Shown: piece by piece, positions 60,946-64,000 of the stretch | How the letters are laid out: each line of letters begins with the position of its first letter | How positions within the stretch are numbered: position 1 is the first letter of the stretch | Assembly: GCA_008632985.1 (NCBI GenBank) | Contig: QPGO01000052.1 | Coordinates: 186,001 to 250,000, forward strand | Direction: 5' to 3' | DNA length: 64,000 nucleotides | DNA from: Psammoneis japonica | Taxonomy: Eukaryota | Translations under genes and position numbers: made by a program | Notes under the pieces: generated by a model | The model's input: the letters and a program-made list of their open reading frames with translations, nothing else | What the model was told of the DNA's origin: nothing | The model's database searches: none

Positions 60946-63900
60946 ATGGCAAAGTTGAAGCGCTCTTACGAGCCTTCAGTCGGGGATCTGGTGTGGGCAC
61001 GCACTGGTCTCGGTTCCCATGAGGAGCCTGCATTGATTCTGAAGGTTGGATGTGACGTAGACGAGAGTCTTGACGACAATGACGGCGGCCACAAGAGCGA
61101 CAAACTTCCCTCCGGTGTGTTGGTACGTTTCACCGTATCTTTCTACGAGGGAGTTTTCACCATGGATCGTATCCGTCCAATGGAGGAAGCAACCGCAGGC
61201 TCGCGGCGACGATCGAACAGGACGGCAACACCGCCACCAAATCTCCCGGTATCCCAGAAGCCCCTCCATAAAGAGGACATCAAGCCACGAGTAACTCCGT
61301 CCCCTTCTAGTTGTGCTACTTCTGACACTGCTGATTCGATGGAATCGGAGGAACCGGAGGAGCGTAAGAGACCCAGCAAGCGTAAGTCGTCCTCCAAGAT
61401 TGAGTCGAAGACTGCAAAAAAGAGCAAACCGACCAAGACTGCATCCGGGAACGCAAAGGAAGATTCAAAGAAAACAGACAATGTAGCGGCTAAGAAAGAC
61501 GTGCCACCAGCGTCGGGGAAGGTAGGAGTAGAAAAGAAGAACAAAAAGGCAAAAGCGGTTTCATCGCAGGCTTCTTCGTCTCCACACTTTGACAAGAAGA
61601 AAGGTGCTGCTGCTTCGAAGAAAACAAAGAAGGCGGCCGCCTCGGACGTGGGACGTGAATCAAGGATCTTCGAAAACAACAACTCGGATGAAAGTGAAGA
61701 CGACGCCGCGCTTGATCGCCCTTTTCGGATCGAGTACAGCAAGACTGGGCGCGCCACATGCAGGAGGTAAAATTGTTGGGCGGTATATTTTCATGGATTA
61801 GAGGCGTTCTCATTTTATTCTCACGCTTGTTTCTGAACAGGTGCGATGAGTACATCAAGAAGGGTGAACTGAGAATCGCGCATACGCCACTCTTTCGCGG
61901 CAAGGTATGAATGCATCTGTGGCGTGGCAGTGACATGTTCAAGACTCAAAGTTGATGAATTTTTTTCTCAGCCCCACTCCTCTTTTCTCCTTCGTTATTC
62001 GTTTCCTTAGCCCGGGTTTCAGGTCTATCGCCACTTGCAGTGTGCTGTGTTTTCAGAAGAAGTCCATTGCGCCGAGGACGTTGGGGGCTACAGCAAATTG
62101 ACGCCAGAAGACTTTTCGAAGCTTGTGGAACGCGTGGAGGAGAGCAAGGAAGAAGTCAGGCAGGAGGCAGAGGCCTTGGAGCCGGACGAGCTGGTACAAG
62201 CGGCATTTCAGGGTGAAATCCGTTCGGCGCCGCCTGGCTTATCAGCAACCTTACTCCCATTCCAAGTGGAAGGAATGTCTTGGATGCACCACCAAGAAGT
62301 GAAGGTTACTGAGCTCCGTTCGGGGATCCTTGCGGATGAGATGGGTAAGTGAAGTTCTCGTCGCACCGAATCTTCGACCTTTCCCTGATACTGATGAATG
62401 ACGGCTTTAACGTTCCTTGTTAAGAAGGCATGGGCAAAACACTTCAGACTATCGCAACGATTCTTGATAATAGACCGCGGCTACAACATAGTAAGCCGGG
62501 TGCAAAGCACCCACCGACGCCCGACCGTGATCAGCTTATCCGGGAGGCAAGCCTTTGGGATGACTCGCTTGCTGATTGGAAACATGAGATGGATATGAAC
62601 AATATCCCGGCTTCACTAAGACCCAAAGCGAGAGGCAAGCAACCTGGAGGTGGCGCTCGAGCTGGGACCCTTGTAATTTGTCCTGTGATTGCCTTAAGTC
62701 AGTGGAAAACGGAAATAGAGAAATTCACCGACAATGGAACGCTCAGCGTGTGTGTATATCACGGACCAAATCGGTCTTCGCAAACGCCGCGTCAGATGCT
62801 AACTAAGTATGACATTGTACTTACGACTTATCAAGTTTTGGAAGCCGACTTCCGAAAGATGGTTTCTCCCAACAAGGTGAAATGCCCAAATTGCGGAAAC
62901 AAGTTCAAAGTTGATAAACTTCGTGTCCATCTCAAGTACTTTTGCGGGGAAGGGGCGCAGCGCACAGAGGCGCAGGCACGGCAGCAAAGCAATCGCGACC
63001 GAATGCAGGCTCGTGCACGCGGTGGCGCTCCCGGTGGAAAGAGCAGAGGTACGAAAAAATCCTTCTCCAAGCCTCAAGCTCTGCGGGCGAAAAGTAAGAA
63101 GAAGTCTCCTGAAACCGCGTCAAAGCATTCCGTGCACGTAAAACGCAGCGCTTACTACGATTCCGAGAGCGACTTATCGGTAGAAGAAGCTCCTCCTGTC
63201 GTGACTGGTCGCCCATCTCGGTCAGCTGCAGTAAATGCATCGAAACGTATGTCATCTTCGAAGAAAGACTGGGGATTTGGTGTCAATGGAAGCGACTCTG
63301 AAGACTATAAAGACGACGATGTCTCAAGCAGCGACGAGAGCTCAGATGACGAGCTGGTCAAACCCAAGGCCAAACCCAAAATGCCGTCATCATCCAAAGA
63401 GACTTCGGAGAGCGAGAGCAGTAGTACCGATGACGAGGAAGCTGTTCAGCGAGCCAGAGAGAAGCAGAGAAAGGCAATGCTTCAGGCGCGGAAAACGAAG
63501 AAAGTTGGTATGGCAGAGGGTTCCAGAAAAGGTAGTGCGGGGACTGAACAGAAAAAAGGACAAAAGAAGAAGGCATCTACGAACGGAAAGAAGAAGAAGA
63601 AGAAGAAACGCTTCAATGATAGCAGCTCCTCTGGTATTTCCGACGAAGAGAGGGACGCGCTTGAAGGCATTGACATGGAGCGACTGGTACAAGAAGCCAT
63701 GGAGGGATCTGTGATGAGCCCTCTTCACAGCCTTTGTTGGTGGCGGGTTGTCTTAGGTGAGGAAAGATCTGCCGACTACCGTGCTTGGTTTACAACTCTC
63801 TTTTGGTAAACCCTCATTTCATCTTTGCTGGCAGACGAAGCTCATTTCATCAAGTCTCGATCAAGTCAGACTGCTGCGGCTGCATTCGCCCTTATTGGTA

Positions 63901-64000
63901 TCCATCGCTGGTGCCTTTCGGGCACTCCGCTCCAGAATCGCGTAGGTGAGTGGCGTCTCGTCGTTGGTCTCGGAATCCTCCAGTTGTACTTTTTTGACAA
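60946..64000 (+). CDS. RAD16: RAD16-like SNF2 helicase with N-terminal PWWP-like and PARP-type zinc finger domains (multi-exon, runs off the window end)
   Basis: 'VGDLVWAR' (PWWP-like). '[14 protein letters not shown]...KGELRI...YRHLQC' (zf-PARP). 'LLPFQ.EG..W', '[16 protein letters not shown]', '[13 protein letters not shown]', 'DEAHFIK' and '[11 protein letters not shown]'. Confidence 0.9.

Noticed and set aside
13609..64000. A functional DNA-repair gene cluster (MRE11, PP4R2-like, RAD16-like, SET-like)
   Set aside because: The genes are spread over 50 kb among unrelated housekeeping genes, with no evidence beyond chance.

Overview
Eukaryotic nuclear DNA, most likely a pennate diatom (short GT-AG introns, signal peptide + ASAF-type plastid-targeting leaders, a diatom-copia (CoDi)-like LTR element). 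The window alternates between two very different compartments. (1) Gene islands (~1.9-6.5, 12.1-23.7, 32.8-38.7 and 45.5-64 kb) hold about 18 genes: STRA6-like membrane protein, RCC reductase-like, MRE11, an SH3-like repeat protein, two paralogous plastid CxxxxC proteins, APC13, an aldo-keto reductase, cytochrome b561, HMG-CoA lyase, a SPRY protein, TFIIA-gamma-like, CSL4, PP4R2-like, a SET/Tudor-like protein, a PWWP/zf-PARP/RAD16-like helicase and hypotheticals. (2) Four gene-free blocks (~1-1.9, 6.55-12.1, 23.7-32.8 and 38.75-45.45 kb) have lost the dinucleotide TpA almost completely, and CpG is also depleted in their older parts. A 3.84 kb non-autonomous LTR retrotransposon (276 bp LTRs, GCAGC target duplication) inside one block appears to catch the process in progress. 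Its LTRs differ only by transitions, its Tyr codons are systematically converted TAC->TGC/CAC, and it still keeps CpG. The main candidate novelty is therefore a repeat-targeted TpA->TpG/CpA (A:T->G:C) hypermutation system, the mirror image of fungal RIP. Five -1 frameshifts in host genes are probably assembly errors. All calls are by eye; no database searches were run.
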